Positions 17,768 to 26,693 of a DNA stretch of 41,279 nucleotides are shown here, in pieces (position 1 is the first letter of the stretch; each line of letters opens with the position of its first letter). The stretch is from a virus (taxonomy: Duplodnaviria; Caudoviricetes). The notes beneath the pieces are model-generated. The model was given only the letters and a program-made list of their open reading frames with translations, did not search any database and was not told the DNA's origin. The stretch covers positions 1 to 41,279 of the IMG/VR virus record IMGVR_UViG_3300024287_000002, one strand, 5' to 3'. The position numbers and the translations under genes were made by a program.

Positions 17768-18070
17768 TTAGCCTTTCAGTGCTGCTTCGATAAGCTCACC
17801 GAGCTTCCTATCGCCCGTTCTGCCGTCGAACTTGATTCCAAGATCGGTGGCCTTGGTTTCCAGCTCGGCGCGGGTCGGTGGTGCTTTGTCGTCCTGAGCA
17901 GGAGCCGGGCGTTTGGAAGCTTCCAGCGCCTCGGTCGTGGTCATCGACCAGCCTTCAGCCAATGCGGCATCCAGTTCGTCGTCGTTGTCAACGATCAGGG
18001 TGGAGAAGCGCCCACCGTGGATTTCTTCAGTGCCTCCAGCCTTGTAGAGCATGCGCGGAAACGAGTCCAT
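17768..18070 (-). CDS. Hypothetical protein following the coat gene
   Basis: AAAGGT RBS; MDSFPRMLYK...GW...; C-terminal ELETKATDLGIKFDGR small helical motif. Confidence 0.75.
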   Translation of the reverse strand: MDSFPRMLYKAGGTEEIHGGRFSTLIVDNDDELDAALAEGWSMTTTEALEASKRPAPAQDDKAPPTRAELETKATDLGIKFDGRTGDRKLGELIEAALKG

Positions 18071-18082
18071 CTGATACCTTTC

Positions 18083-18108
18083 AAAAAAGGCCCGCGCGAG
18101 GGCGGGCC
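18083..18108 (-). terminator. Rho-independent terminator after the coat gene
   Basis: GGCCCGC/GCGGGCC stem followed by T6 on the minus strand. Confidence 0.75.
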
Positions 18109-18144
18109 AAGCCAGGAAACTCCTAGCGGGGTGGAGACACCAGA

Positions 18145-19446
18145 TCAGGTTTGCGAGAACAGAATCACGCCGCACATCTCGGGGTTCGTCATGCCGACGC
18201 CGAACCGGGTATCGCAGCGGTACTTGTACTTCTTCGTGTTGATGTCGAAGAACTTGTACAGCGTCACATCGATGCCCAGTTCCGTGGTGCCGCGCATGAA
18301 GCCAGCGCCAGCCGCAGTCAGGCCATCATCGACGCCGTTGCGGCCAGGCAGCAGTTCGATTGCGCGCTGATCCCAGAACGGCGCGACGTTGGCGGCTGCG
18401 GTGTTCAGGAACGTGATCGCAGCGCCGTTTGCCGGGGTCGCGGTGACGTTCTTGTACTCCAGCTCAGCCTGCGTCGGCGACGAGTCGGCGGCGATGATCG
18501 GCGGGCTGATCGTGACGACGCCCGAGCCACCAGCACCGGAGACGATGGCGGTGATGGTGAAGGTCTTGAGCTGGCCGGTGTCGGCCTTGCTGATGTGGTG
18601 CACCGCGTTGACGCCCGCGATGGTGAGTCGGTCGCCCACCTTGACCGTGCCGCTGGTGACTGCGATGGTCAGGTTCTGGTAGCGGTTGTCCACGTTCGCG
18701 GTCTCGCCAGTGGTGGCCGTACTGATGGCCTTCGGCACATAGCGCTGGTTCGCGCCGTTGACGGTGACGGTCACGCCGGCCGCTGCGGTCAGGCGGTAGG
18801 TATAGTCCGACTTGAAGGTCTCGAAGCCGGAGACGGTGCCCACATATGCCTTTTCGTAGGCGGTGTTCACCTTCGGATTGGCCGAGGCCTGCGGCTTGGC
18901 GAGGTTGCCCGCCATCGAGTTGTAGTCGCGCGCATGCAGAACGCAGATGCGGCGGGAAGCGTCGCCAACAAGGCCCTGCTCGGTCATCAGCGCGTCGGCC
19001 AGCGAGATATCGTCATAGCCGCTGGCGGCGGTGGTGCGTTTGACCACCAGCGTGCCTTGTTGGCCGGCGACGTTGGCGACTGCCACGTTGATGTCGGTCG
19101 CCAGGCGCTGCATCGCGCTTTCATACTTGCGCTCGCGCTGCTGCGGGTCGTTCAGGTCGTCGCTGGTCATGGTCCACGGTACAGCCTTGTTGAAGCCCAG
19201 GCCGATCGGTACGGACAGCTGGGTCACGTCCGCGAACGAGGTCGAAATGTCGGTGCCGGCTGCACCATCGACCGAGACCGAGACGTAGGGGACGGGACGC
19301 CAGATTTGCGTGCCCTGCGAGCGCTCCAGAACGGTAGCGTCAGCGCTGAATTTGGAGACGTTCTTGCCCATCACCAGCAGGTCGTCAAAGCCTGCCAGCA
19401 TTTCGTCAAAGAAGACCGTTTCTTGCTTACTGAAAGATGTTGCCAT
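18145..19446 (-). CDS. Major capsid protein (P22 coat family)
   Basis: 433 aa; IWRP.PY, VKVGD.LTIAGVNAVH.ISK..TGQLKTF (insertion domain) and NPEMCG motifs; AGGAG RBS. Confidence 0.93.
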   Translation of the reverse strand: MATSFSKQETVFFDEMLAGFDDLLVMGKNVSKFSADATVLERSQGTQIWRPVPYVSVSVDGAAGTDISTSFADVTQLSVPIGLGFNKAVPWTMTSDDLNDPQQRERKYESAMQRLATDINVAVANVAGQQGTLVVKRTTAASGYDDISLADALMTEQGLVGDASRRICVLHARDYNSMAGNLAKPQASANPKVNTAYEKAYVGTVSGFETFKSDYTYRLTAAAGVTVTVNGANQRYVPKAISTATTGETANVDNRYQNLTIAVTSGTVKVGDRLTIAGVNAVHHISKADTGQLKTFTITAIVSGAGGSGVVTISPPIIAADSSPTQAELEYKNVTATPANGAAITFLNTAAANVAPFWDQRAIELLPGRNGVDDGLTAAGAGFMRGTTELGIDVTLYKFFDINTKKYKYRCDTRFGVGMTNPEMCGVILFSQT

Positions 19447-19601
19447 GAATGGCTCCTGAATGAGTTAAAAGGGATAAGCAATCACTCGATTGCCCGTTTC
19501 TCAACTCACCCATTCAAGGCAGGTGGCAGCCTCATCTGTCGCACCGATTGCGGACGGTGGCACCGTTTTGCATCGCTTAGGGCGCGATGCTGGCCCTTGT
19601 A

Positions 19602-20522
19602 TCAAGCCGCTGCCAGACGCCTCTTGCGCAGGTACTCGGCTACCTTCGTGCGGTCGCCGGTCTTGTCCGCTTCGGCCTGGAGGCGCTCCAACTGATCCGC
19701 TGCAGCGCCCGATGTGCCGCCCGAACCAGCAATCCTCTTTTCAGCCGGTGGCGGTGCCTTGCGCGATGTAACCTTCAATTTCGTCTCCAGTCGCGCAACT
19801 GCAAACGCGAATTGCACGGGGTCTTTGATCGCCGCCAGCTCTTGCAGCTTTGCTGGGCTCTTGCCAATCGCATAGATCAACTGCTCAGGCTTTTCCGCGC
19901 CGGTCAGGATGATCGCCTGCTTGGTCGTGTCAAGCGCGCCTTGTACCGATGCCTCGGCATCCTCGAAATCAGAAACAGGCAGCTTGGCCTTGGCGTCGTT
20001 GTACAGCGTCAGGCGCTTGTTCCATGCTGCCTGCGCTTCCTCCGCGGCCCTGCGCTCGCCCTCTACCTTCTGCTCGACCTGGCGCTTGCGTTCGTGCCAT
20101 GCAGTCAGGTCGGCCTCGAAGCGTTCGGCGTCGAAGTCGCAGCCCTCAAGTGTCGGCTTTGCGCCCAGCTCGACCTTTTGCGGCACGGAAGCGGTAGCCA
20201 ACTGCTGCTCTAGCTCGCGGATGCGCTTGGACTTCTCGCGGTCGGCCTTGCGCAGTTCGCGCACCCATTCCGGCGCGCGGTTCTGCTCTTCCTCTACTGG
20301 CTCCTCGCCCTCCAGAGTGATGACCAGTTCGTCGGAGGGCTGATTAACGGGATCGGTGGCCTCACCTTCGACACCGCCTTCAGGCTTCCCGCCCTCAATC
20401 TGCTCACTGGCTTCGCCATCTGTCGCAGCCACGTCCGCAGTACCACCAGCACCACCGCCCGTCTCGTCGCCATGGAACTGCTCGCGGAACGAGCGCTGCT
20501 TCCACATCCAACTCTTGTACAT
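19602..20522 (-). CDS. Scaffolding protein
   Basis: Acidic N-terminus, coiled coil and basic C-terminus; lies between portal and coat. Confidence 0.85.
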   Translation of the reverse strand: MYKSWMWKQRSFREQFHGDETGGGAGGTADVAATDGEASEQIEGGKPEGGVEGEATDPVNQPSDELVITLEGEEPVEEEQNRAPEWVRELRKADREKSKRIRELEQQLATASVPQKVELGAKPTLEGCDFDAERFEADLTAWHERKRQVEQKVEGERRAAEEAQAAWNKRLTLYNDAKAKLPVSDFEDAEASVQGALDTTKQAIILTGAEKPEQLIYAIGKSPAKLQELAAIKDPVQFAFAVARLETKLKVTSRKAPPPAEKRIAGSGGTSGAAADQLERLQAEADKTGDRTKVAEYLRKRRLAAA

Positions 20523-20614
20523 GCGTTCCCCCGTTGATATCGCCGTTGTCCGGCTCGTTTTCTCTGATGATAGACTGCAACTATCGCAAAATCAATAGCA
20601 ATAGTTTATATCGT

Positions 20615-22684
20615 TTATACCGTTTGGCCTGATTGCGGCACAGGCTTGGGTGCGATCAACTGCTGCGCCACGTTCAGCGCGTGCTGCTCGCTGCCTTGCT
20701 GGACGCCTGCTAGTGTGGCGATCGTGTCCGCGTTCGTCTGCCCAACCCTGGCATGGGTAAGTTCTGTGTCGGCTTGCTTCTTCGCAGCGTCGGCCATCTG
20801 GTTCTGCGCCGCCGCTTGCAGGTATTGCGCTTGCGGGTCCGGCTGCTGATTCGCCGCTTCGGCTTCCAGCTCCTGCTTTTCCTCGTCGGTGGGCTGAACG
20901 GCTCCAATGCGCACCAGCTTCTTGCGGAAGTAGCCACGGACATCGGATAGGCCTTCGCCCTCCATATTCATGATCGCCAGGGAATTGAGGACCGCTTGCG
21001 CATCCGGGTCTTGGGTGAACTGCAGGATGGACGTAATGGCGCTGACGGTGGCAGAGCGCTTGCTGGAAGACGATGGGCCGACATCGGCAACGACATCGAA
21101 CTTTGCTTCGGAAAGATCGTTTTCGAGCACTTCCGCGCCGTCCTCGTTGATCGCCGCACGCAATAGCTCAATCTGCCCGTCAGTACCGTCCGGGCCAACG
21201 GCCTTCATCTTGCGGCCTTCCTCGACGTAGACATCCTTGGCCATCGACAACCAGATTTCTCCGCAGCGGCGCATGGCCTTGGCGAAGTTGGACATGTAGA
21301 TGAAAACCTGCATGTCCAGGCGCGTTTGAACCAACTCCATCAGCTTGCCGGAGATGTTCGACTGCACCTGTTCGCCGGCCTGCTGATTCCCGAGCAAGTC
21401 TTGGATGTCTTCCTCGGTCAGTTGCAGCAAAGCCGCCAGCGCCTGCGGAATGCTCGGGGCCTTGGTGTAGCCAATCGGCCCGTTCTGGACGATGTTCCCG
21501 GCATTGTCCTTTACCGAATTGAGCATCAGGTACGGATAGCGCTTGACCGAATCGTCGGCCCACATCTGCGTATGCCCGGCCACCTGCTCTGGCGTCACGA
21601 TTGGCTTTTCTACAGGGCTGAACGTGGCAATCTCGGCCAGCAGCGATACCAGCATGTTCTTGAGCATCTGCGGGTCTTTCGCCAGGCGCACATGGCCCAT
21701 GCAGCGCTCGACGTTATCCACGAACCACCGTTTCCCATAGACTGGGACAATCGGGATGTGACGCCCGGCGATGCAGCCCTGGTCCTCGATAATGCGCGCG
21801 CCGTCCATCACATACTTGTGCACCTTGCGGCGGTTGATGCGCTTCTCACGCACCTTTCTAAATCCCGTGGCGAGCAGCGTTTGCTCGATGCTTGGATCGT
21901 CTTTCATCTCCGAGTCCCAGAACTTCTTTTCGTTTGGCTCGGAGTCGTCCAAGGCACCCCCCCGGAAAACGTGCAGTACTTCCGGCTTTTCCTCGACCTC
22001 ATAATATTCGGCCACATAGACCACATCGGGCGTGCACCAGTCAAATTCGTGCTGGTAGACCGACTTCGGCCAGCTCGCCGGGTCCGAATCGTATTCCTCC
22101 TTGTAGCGCTGAGGCGTGTAGCCGACAAGCACCCAGCATCGCTTGGCGTCGCGCTTGTCCTGGCGTTTGGCGTCCAAGTCGAAGAACACGCATGAATCGG
22201 CGTCATAGATCGGCTCAATGCAGATGCGCTGTCTCTGGTCGTCCTCGTCCTCTTCGTCCTCGTAGTCGGCGCGCAGGCGCCATGCACCAAATCCGCCGCC
22301 GACCGCTTCCTCGAAAGCATTGTCATAGGCTTCCTCGGCTCCGCTGTCCTGCTCGTCGGCTCGGTACAACCCATCGCAGGCATCCGCCAGATTGTCGTTC
22401 GGCGTGCCGTCTTTCGGCGTGAAATCGACCGTGACGCGGTTGTTTCGGTATTCGTTGAAAATCCTGATTACGCTCAGGTGAATCTTGTTGACCTCGAACC
22501 TCGGCTTGTTCTGGAATTGCTCCTGCAGCGGGCCTTCCCACTGCGCGCCTGGGATGGAGTAGAAGCGCCTGTCCTGCAGGCATTGCATGCGCTCGTTGTA
22601 CACGGCGCCCTGTACGCGGTCGAATTCGTTGATGGCGCGCTCGTGAACCCGCTGCAAGCGCTCTTCATTGGTCGGTCTGCTCAT
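20615..22684 (-). CDS. Portal protein (P22-like)
   Basis: 689 aa; DRRFY...GAQW, GGGFGAWR, IPIVPVYG, GHVRLAKDPQ and DV.ADVGPS motifs; Q/A-rich barrel tail. Confidence 0.95.
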   Translation of the reverse strand: MSRPTNEERLQRVHERAINEFDRVQGAVYNERMQCLQDRRFYSIPGAQWEGPLQEQFQNKPRFEVNKIHLSVIRIFNEYRNNRVTVDFTPKDGTPNDNLADACDGLYRADEQDSGAEEAYDNAFEEAVGGGFGAWRLRADYEDEEDEDDQRQRICIEPIYDADSCVFFDLDAKRQDKRDAKRCWVLVGYTPQRYKEEYDSDPASWPKSVYQHEFDWCTPDVVYVAEYYEVEEKPEVLHVFRGGALDDSEPNEKKFWDSEMKDDPSIEQTLLATGFRKVREKRINRRKVHKYVMDGARIIEDQGCIAGRHIPIVPVYGKRWFVDNVERCMGHVRLAKDPQMLKNMLVSLLAEIATFSPVEKPIVTPEQVAGHTQMWADDSVKRYPYLMLNSVKDNAGNIVQNGPIGYTKAPSIPQALAALLQLTEEDIQDLLGNQQAGEQVQSNISGKLMELVQTRLDMQVFIYMSNFAKAMRRCGEIWLSMAKDVYVEEGRKMKAVGPDGTDGQIELLRAAINEDGAEVLENDLSEAKFDVVADVGPSSSSKRSATVSAITSILQFTQDPDAQAVLNSLAIMNMEGEGLSDVRGYFRKKLVRIGAVQPTDEEKQELEAEAANQQPDPQAQYLQAAAQNQMADAAKKQADTELTHARVGQTNADTIATLAGVQQGSEQHALNVAQQLIAPKPVPQSGQTV

Positions 22685-22752
22685 GCTTGGCCTATCGGTT
22701 TTGTATTTCCGATAGTCTAACGCTATTGCTTGCCAAGGTGGAAGGATTTGTG

Positions 22753-24219
22753 CTAGCGACGCCCGAACGCCGACGCCATCGGGATTGGGATGACTGGCTG
22801 GACCTGCGCAGCCGGCGCGGCCTGCACCGTCTTGATTGCGTCGAACATCGGGTCAAGCTGGTCGTCGTGCGCTCCGCCTGGGAAGGATGCCGCCTCGGCT
22901 AGGAAATCGGAGAGCCATGGCGCGTCCATCGGCAATAGAACGTTCCCACTTTCTATGAATGGCGCAGCATCGTGACCGCGCGATATTTTGTCCTTGTCAC
23001 GCTGAACCGGTACAACAGGGATTCCCTCGCGCCTGAGTGTCTGGATCAAGCCAGTACCAGACACCTTGTCCTCGACCATCATCGCGCGCAGGACCGAGCT
23101 GTCGAAGCCGACCTTCATATGCTTTAGCCAGAATGCACGGGCCTGCACCAACAGTTCGGGTGCCTCCCACTTGCCCCGAATCTGGTCAATCAGCACGGCC
23201 TCGCCAGTTGTCGCGCGGCCCCAGCATTGGAACACGGAGTAGTCGTTTTCCTCTCCTGTTTTCTGGGCGGTGTCGGCGTGGATGTTGCGAAATTCCAACT
23301 TCGGCAACACGGTGTAGTAGCGGAACCACGATTCCTTGAGGATGCCGCCGCCGCGCGGAGCTGGGCGTTGCTGTAGCTGGCCGGCAGTGCCATACGAACC
23401 AAGCGTGGTCTCCAGCTCGCGAACCTGATCCTCGCTGAAGCGCTCGGGGAACATCAGTTCGCCCTCATGCTGGCGCGGATCGGACCAGCCAATCGACGTG
23501 GTGCAGCGCCGGCCAGGCTCGAAGCGCATCGGTATGCACAGGTGCACGTATGGCAGCCCCATTTCCTGAATCACGCCGGACACGTCCTTCTCGTTCAGGC
23601 GCTGCATGACCACGACGATGGCGGACTTGTCGGAGTTGACGCGAGTGGGGAGCGTCTCAGTGAACGCGATGCGCGCCTCTTCAAGCTTGGCGTCGGAGTT
23701 CGCATTGTCGGCGCTGATCGGGTCGTCAAGGATCACGCGGTCCCCGCGAACGCCAGTCATACTGGTGAACGCACGCGCTTGGCGGAAGCCTTTCCGGATG
23801 TTGCCGAACTCCTTCTTGCCGTCTAGGTCGCGCAGCAGCTCAAGCGGCCACAGCTTCTGGAACCAATCCGACTTGACCAGATCGCGGCACTTGCGGTTGT
23901 CGCGGATCGCCAGCGTCTCCTCGTGCGCGGTGCCGACGAACCGCATCTCAGGCATGCCACGCGGCCCCCATTCCCACGCTGGCCAGATGACGCCGGTAAG
24001 CAGCGACTTCATCGAGCCAGGAGGCACGTTCATCAGCAGGCGCGTGATTTCCCCATTCGTCACGGCCTCCAAGTGCTGGCAGATTGCATCCAGCGCCCAG
24101 CCCCATTTCAGTTCAGCGGCAGGCTCCAGCACATGCCATGCACGCCGGGCGAAGTGCGCCAGGGAGCGCCGGCACAATTCGCGTTCGACCGCCAGCAGGT
24201 CAGCTTCCGTCAGATGCAT
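22753..24219 (-). CDS. terL: Terminase large subunit
   Basis: LMNVPPGSMKS Walker A, ILDDP Walker B, VVMQRL coupling motif, nuclease DTA...DYS...HDDQLD. Confidence 0.96.
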   Translation of the reverse strand: MHLTEADLLAVERELCRRSLAHFARRAWHVLEPAAELKWGWALDAICQHLEAVTNGEITRLLMNVPPGSMKSLLTGVIWPAWEWGPRGMPEMRFVGTAHEETLAIRDNRKCRDLVKSDWFQKLWPLELLRDLDGKKEFGNIRKGFRQARAFTSMTGVRGDRVILDDPISADNANSDAKLEEARIAFTETLPTRVNSDKSAIVVVMQRLNEKDVSGVIQEMGLPYVHLCIPMRFEPGRRCTTSIGWSDPRQHEGELMFPERFSEDQVRELETTLGSYGTAGQLQQRPAPRGGGILKESWFRYYTVLPKLEFRNIHADTAQKTGEENDYSVFQCWGRATTGEAVLIDQIRGKWEAPELLVQARAFWLKHMKVGFDSSVLRAMMVEDKVSGTGLIQTLRREGIPVVPVQRDKDKISRGHDAAPFIESGNVLLPMDAPWLSDFLAEAASFPGGAHDDQLDPMFDAIKTVQAAPAAQVQPVIPIPMASAFGRR

Positions 24220-24643
24220 CTTTCGCTTTCATGATTTCGGCCAGGACGGCGGTGGGCAGGCTTGCCACATCCAATGAAGTCTTGGCCTCAACAGGGCCGC
24301 CGCCCTCGCCAGTAAGCTGGAGCTGGTTGCCATACTTGCGTGGCTTCATGCGCTGGGCCTGTTCCACACGCGCGTGAATGCGCAGTTTAGCCTTGCGGAT
24401 AGCGTCCGCGTCGGTCTTGCAGCTGTCGGCAATCTCCACGATCTCATCAATCATGGTATCGGCCCGCTCGTCGGTCGCAACCTCGTACATCTTCGCGAAG
24501 TCGGGATGGTCGCGCAGCCAGCGAAACACAGTGGCCTTACTTGGCATTCCCTTCATCTTGCACACGGTGCGGATGGTATTGCCGTCTGCGATCGCGGCGC
24601 AGAACTTCGCGGCAAGGTCGGGCGCGTAGGTGATCGTGGTCAT
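24200..24643 (-). CDS. terS: Terminase small subunit
   Basis: IADG...GMPSKATVFRWL HTH and PRKYG motif; overlaps terL. Confidence 0.9.
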   Translation of the reverse strand: MTTITYAPDLAAKFCAAIADGNTIRTVCKMKGMPSKATVFRWLRDHPDFAKMYEVATDERADTMIDEIVEIADSCKTDADAIRKAKLRIHARVEQAQRMKPRKYGNQLQLTGEGGGPVEAKTSLDVASLPTAVLAEIMKAKDASDGS

Positions 24644-24783
24644 GGCAATGTCTCAAACGAGTAACGCGACATCGACAGCTTAAGCCAAGCCATCCATGCT
24701 TGAAAAGGAGTCGGTGCCCAAGCACTGCAGGATGGGCAGCGGCATTCCCAAAGGCCGTAGTGCGAACTGAGGCGCGGTTTCAT
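24640..24783 (-). CDS. Small hypothetical protein (47 aa, Cys/Trp-rich)
   Basis: ATGA-coupled at both ends; GGAGGG RBS. Confidence 0.55.
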   Translation of the reverse strand: MKPRLSSHYGLWECRCPSCSAWAPTPFQAWMAWLKLSMSRYSFETLP

Positions 24784-24890
24784 TCGCATCCCTCCAACTC
24801 CTTCATTCCCTGCCCGAAAGCCTCCGCTATCCGCCACAATGCCACCGAGCAGGCAATCAGGGCGGCTACAATGTATGGAACGTAGGTCAT
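24780..24890 (-). CDS. Small membrane peptide (36 aa, MTYVPYIVAALIACSVALWRIAEAFGQGMKELEGCE)
   Basis: AAAGGA RBS; ATGA overlap with the ninG stop and with the next gene. Confidence 0.55.
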   Translation of the reverse strand: MTYVPYIVAALIACSVALWRIAEAFGQGMKELEGCE

Positions 24891-25471
24891 GGCTGTCCTT
24901 TCAAATCCAGCAGTTTCTGTTTGTACGTCGCTTTAATCTGCTGTAGCTCTGGAATCGTCCACTTCTGAGGCGTCTGGTCGGCCTCCAGCGCCTCGACTCC
25001 AGCCAGTCCGATGCGCGCGATCAGCCCAAGCCGGTAATCGACCGCCCGCCCCGCGCCGTACCGGTTGCATTGCTTCGCCTGGGCGTGCACGTTCTGCTCA
25101 TTGAATCGCATGTGCGGCGCGCTGCCCCGGCTGCGGTAGTGGCCTGCATCGACGTTGTTACCGGACCAGTCGATAGGCTGTCCGCAGCAGATGCACGGGT
25201 AGCCGGCCAGCCTGTCGCGCTCGCGGATGAATGCGTTGAAGGCCGCTTGCGCTTCCTTCATCCAATCGCCGCGCGTCTTGAGCGCTGCTTTGCGCGCACG
25301 GTCCTGCTTGCGTTCGGCCTGCTTGCGCTGCTGCTCAATCAGCTCCTGGGCACATTGCGGCTTGCACGCCTTATGGCTGATCGTGCGCGGCTCGAACTGC
25401 TCGCGGCAGATGGCGCACTTGCGCTTGCGATGCTTGCGGGGCTGGTCGGAGGTGCGTGTGAAGGTCATCAT
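24887..25471 (-). CDS. ninG: NinG/Rap-family recombination endonuclease
   Basis: CAIC...C..QC, AQAAFNAFIRERD, CICCG, DAGHYRSRG and RFNEQNVHAQ motifs. Confidence 0.92.
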   Translation of the reverse strand: MMTFTRTSDQPRKHRKRKCAICREQFEPRTISHKACKPQCAQELIEQQRKQAERKQDRARKAALKTRGDWMKEAQAAFNAFIRERDRLAGYPCICCGQPIDWSGNNVDAGHYRSRGSAPHMRFNEQNVHAQAKQCNRYGAGRAVDYRLGLIARIGLAGVEALEADQTPQKWTIPELQQIKATYKQKLLDLKGQP

Positions 25472-25478
25472 CCTGGCC

Positions 25479-26165
25479 TCAGATATCGGCCAGCGTTTCA
25501 ACTTCGCCGGGTGATGGGAACCATGCCGGCAGGCTCTCGAAGCTCTCGCGCAGCTTCATGATCCCTCCGAAGCACTCAAGGTCACCAAGACCGCCGAGCA
25601 CGAAGGTCAACGGGCTTTCGTTATCTCGGTTGAAGAATCGAATGGATCCTCCGAAGCTCTTACCGATTTCCAGCGCATCATTCAGGTACTTTGGATTTAC
25701 GGCACCGGAAATTCCCTCCTTGTATCCGATGACGCTAGCAACGCGCTCGATTCGCGGAAAAGCGCCTTCGACAAGTGAATTCCCCGGCTGGATAAACAAC
25801 GGCTGCGCCACGTCGCCGGAGATCATCGCGCCGCCGTTCGACATCACGTCGAGCGTATGCTTGGCGTTTCCAGCATGCTTGAGTGCGTCCTTGCTGACGG
25901 AAACGATAACTTCGCGCTCTACATACCCGTGCGGGTCGCGCACGACGATATACCGATGGCCGTCAGTCGCAACGATCATCGCCGTGCCATCTTCCAGAGG
26001 GCGAATATTGATTCCATTCAGGTAGTATCGAATGTCCTGCTGAGCAATGAACGGGTATGCCAGCTTGACGGCGACAGCGTTGATGCGAGCAATCATGTGC
26101 GCGTCTTGCTCTTTCTCCGGGATTCCGTCAAGCGTGGACTGCTCTGATTTGGTAGTTGTATTCAT
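25479..26165 (-). CDS. Truncated DNA polymerase III beta-clamp-like protein
   Basis: DIRYYLNGI...VATDGHR, EGAFPRIERV and NPKYL motifs match the middle and C-terminal clamp domains; 228 aa. Confidence 0.65.
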   Translation of the reverse strand: MNTTTKSEQSTLDGIPEKEQDAHMIARINAVAVKLAYPFIAQQDIRYYLNGINIRPLEDGTAMIVATDGHRYIVVRDPHGYVEREVIVSVSKDALKHAGNAKHTLDVMSNGGAMISGDVAQPLFIQPGNSLVEGAFPRIERVASVIGYKEGISGAVNPKYLNDALEIGKSFGGSIRFFNRDNESPLTFVLGGLGDLECFGGIMKLRESFESLPAWFPSPGEVETLADI

Positions 26166-26232
26166 CTTCTTCCCCTTGCAGTTGTTGTTGTCGCCCGGCG
26201 GGCCGGGCGTGGTGGTGCTGGTGCTGGTGCGG

Positions 26233-26665
26233 TTAGAACGCGGCGATGCGCTCGCCCAGGATGTCCGAATACGTCTTCATGGCGACGTGCTGGGTGCGCA
26301 GGCGCAGCTGCTCGTCGTCAGCCAGACCCTCGAAGGTTGCCTTGCTGAAGAAGGCGCTCAGCTTCGACAGCTTGTCGTCCAGCTCGGCCTTCTCGTCGAG
26401 GACGCGCTGCTGGTGCGGCGGGATGATCTTGCTGTACTTCCGCTCGAACACGTCCCTCGGGTTCAGGTATTCGTAGCCGTCCGCTTGCGTCACCAGGTAG
26501 TCGCCTACCACCGGGCAGTAGCGCACCGTCATGCTGGTGTCGGCGCTGTAGTTGCGGCCGTCGCTCAGGCGCAGCATCAGGTTACCGTTCGACTGTTCGG
26601 TGACTTCGAGGATGGTGGCCGCGATGACATTCACCGGATTGGGCTCTGTGGGTTGCAAGTTGCAT
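26233..26665 (-). pseudogene. Two-domain protein with an apparent 1-bp frameshift near the start; candidate nucleotide-signal sponge
   Basis: AAGGGA RBS and ATG at 26665 give MQLATHRA, out of frame by one C (CCC, plus-strand 26641-26643) with NPVNVIAA...GDYLVTQADGYEYLNPRDVFERKY...QQRVLDEKAELDDKLSKL...ERIAAF. Confidence 0.65.
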
Positions 26666-26693
26666 GGGTTTTCCCTTGTTGTTGGTACTGCGG

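Noticed and set aside
18151-19695. 514-aa plus-strand ORF opposite the coat gene (likewise 1577-2542, 21326-22195, 14827-15702)
   Set aside because: Antisense shadows of well-supported genes, expected from GC-rich codon bias; no recognisable motifs
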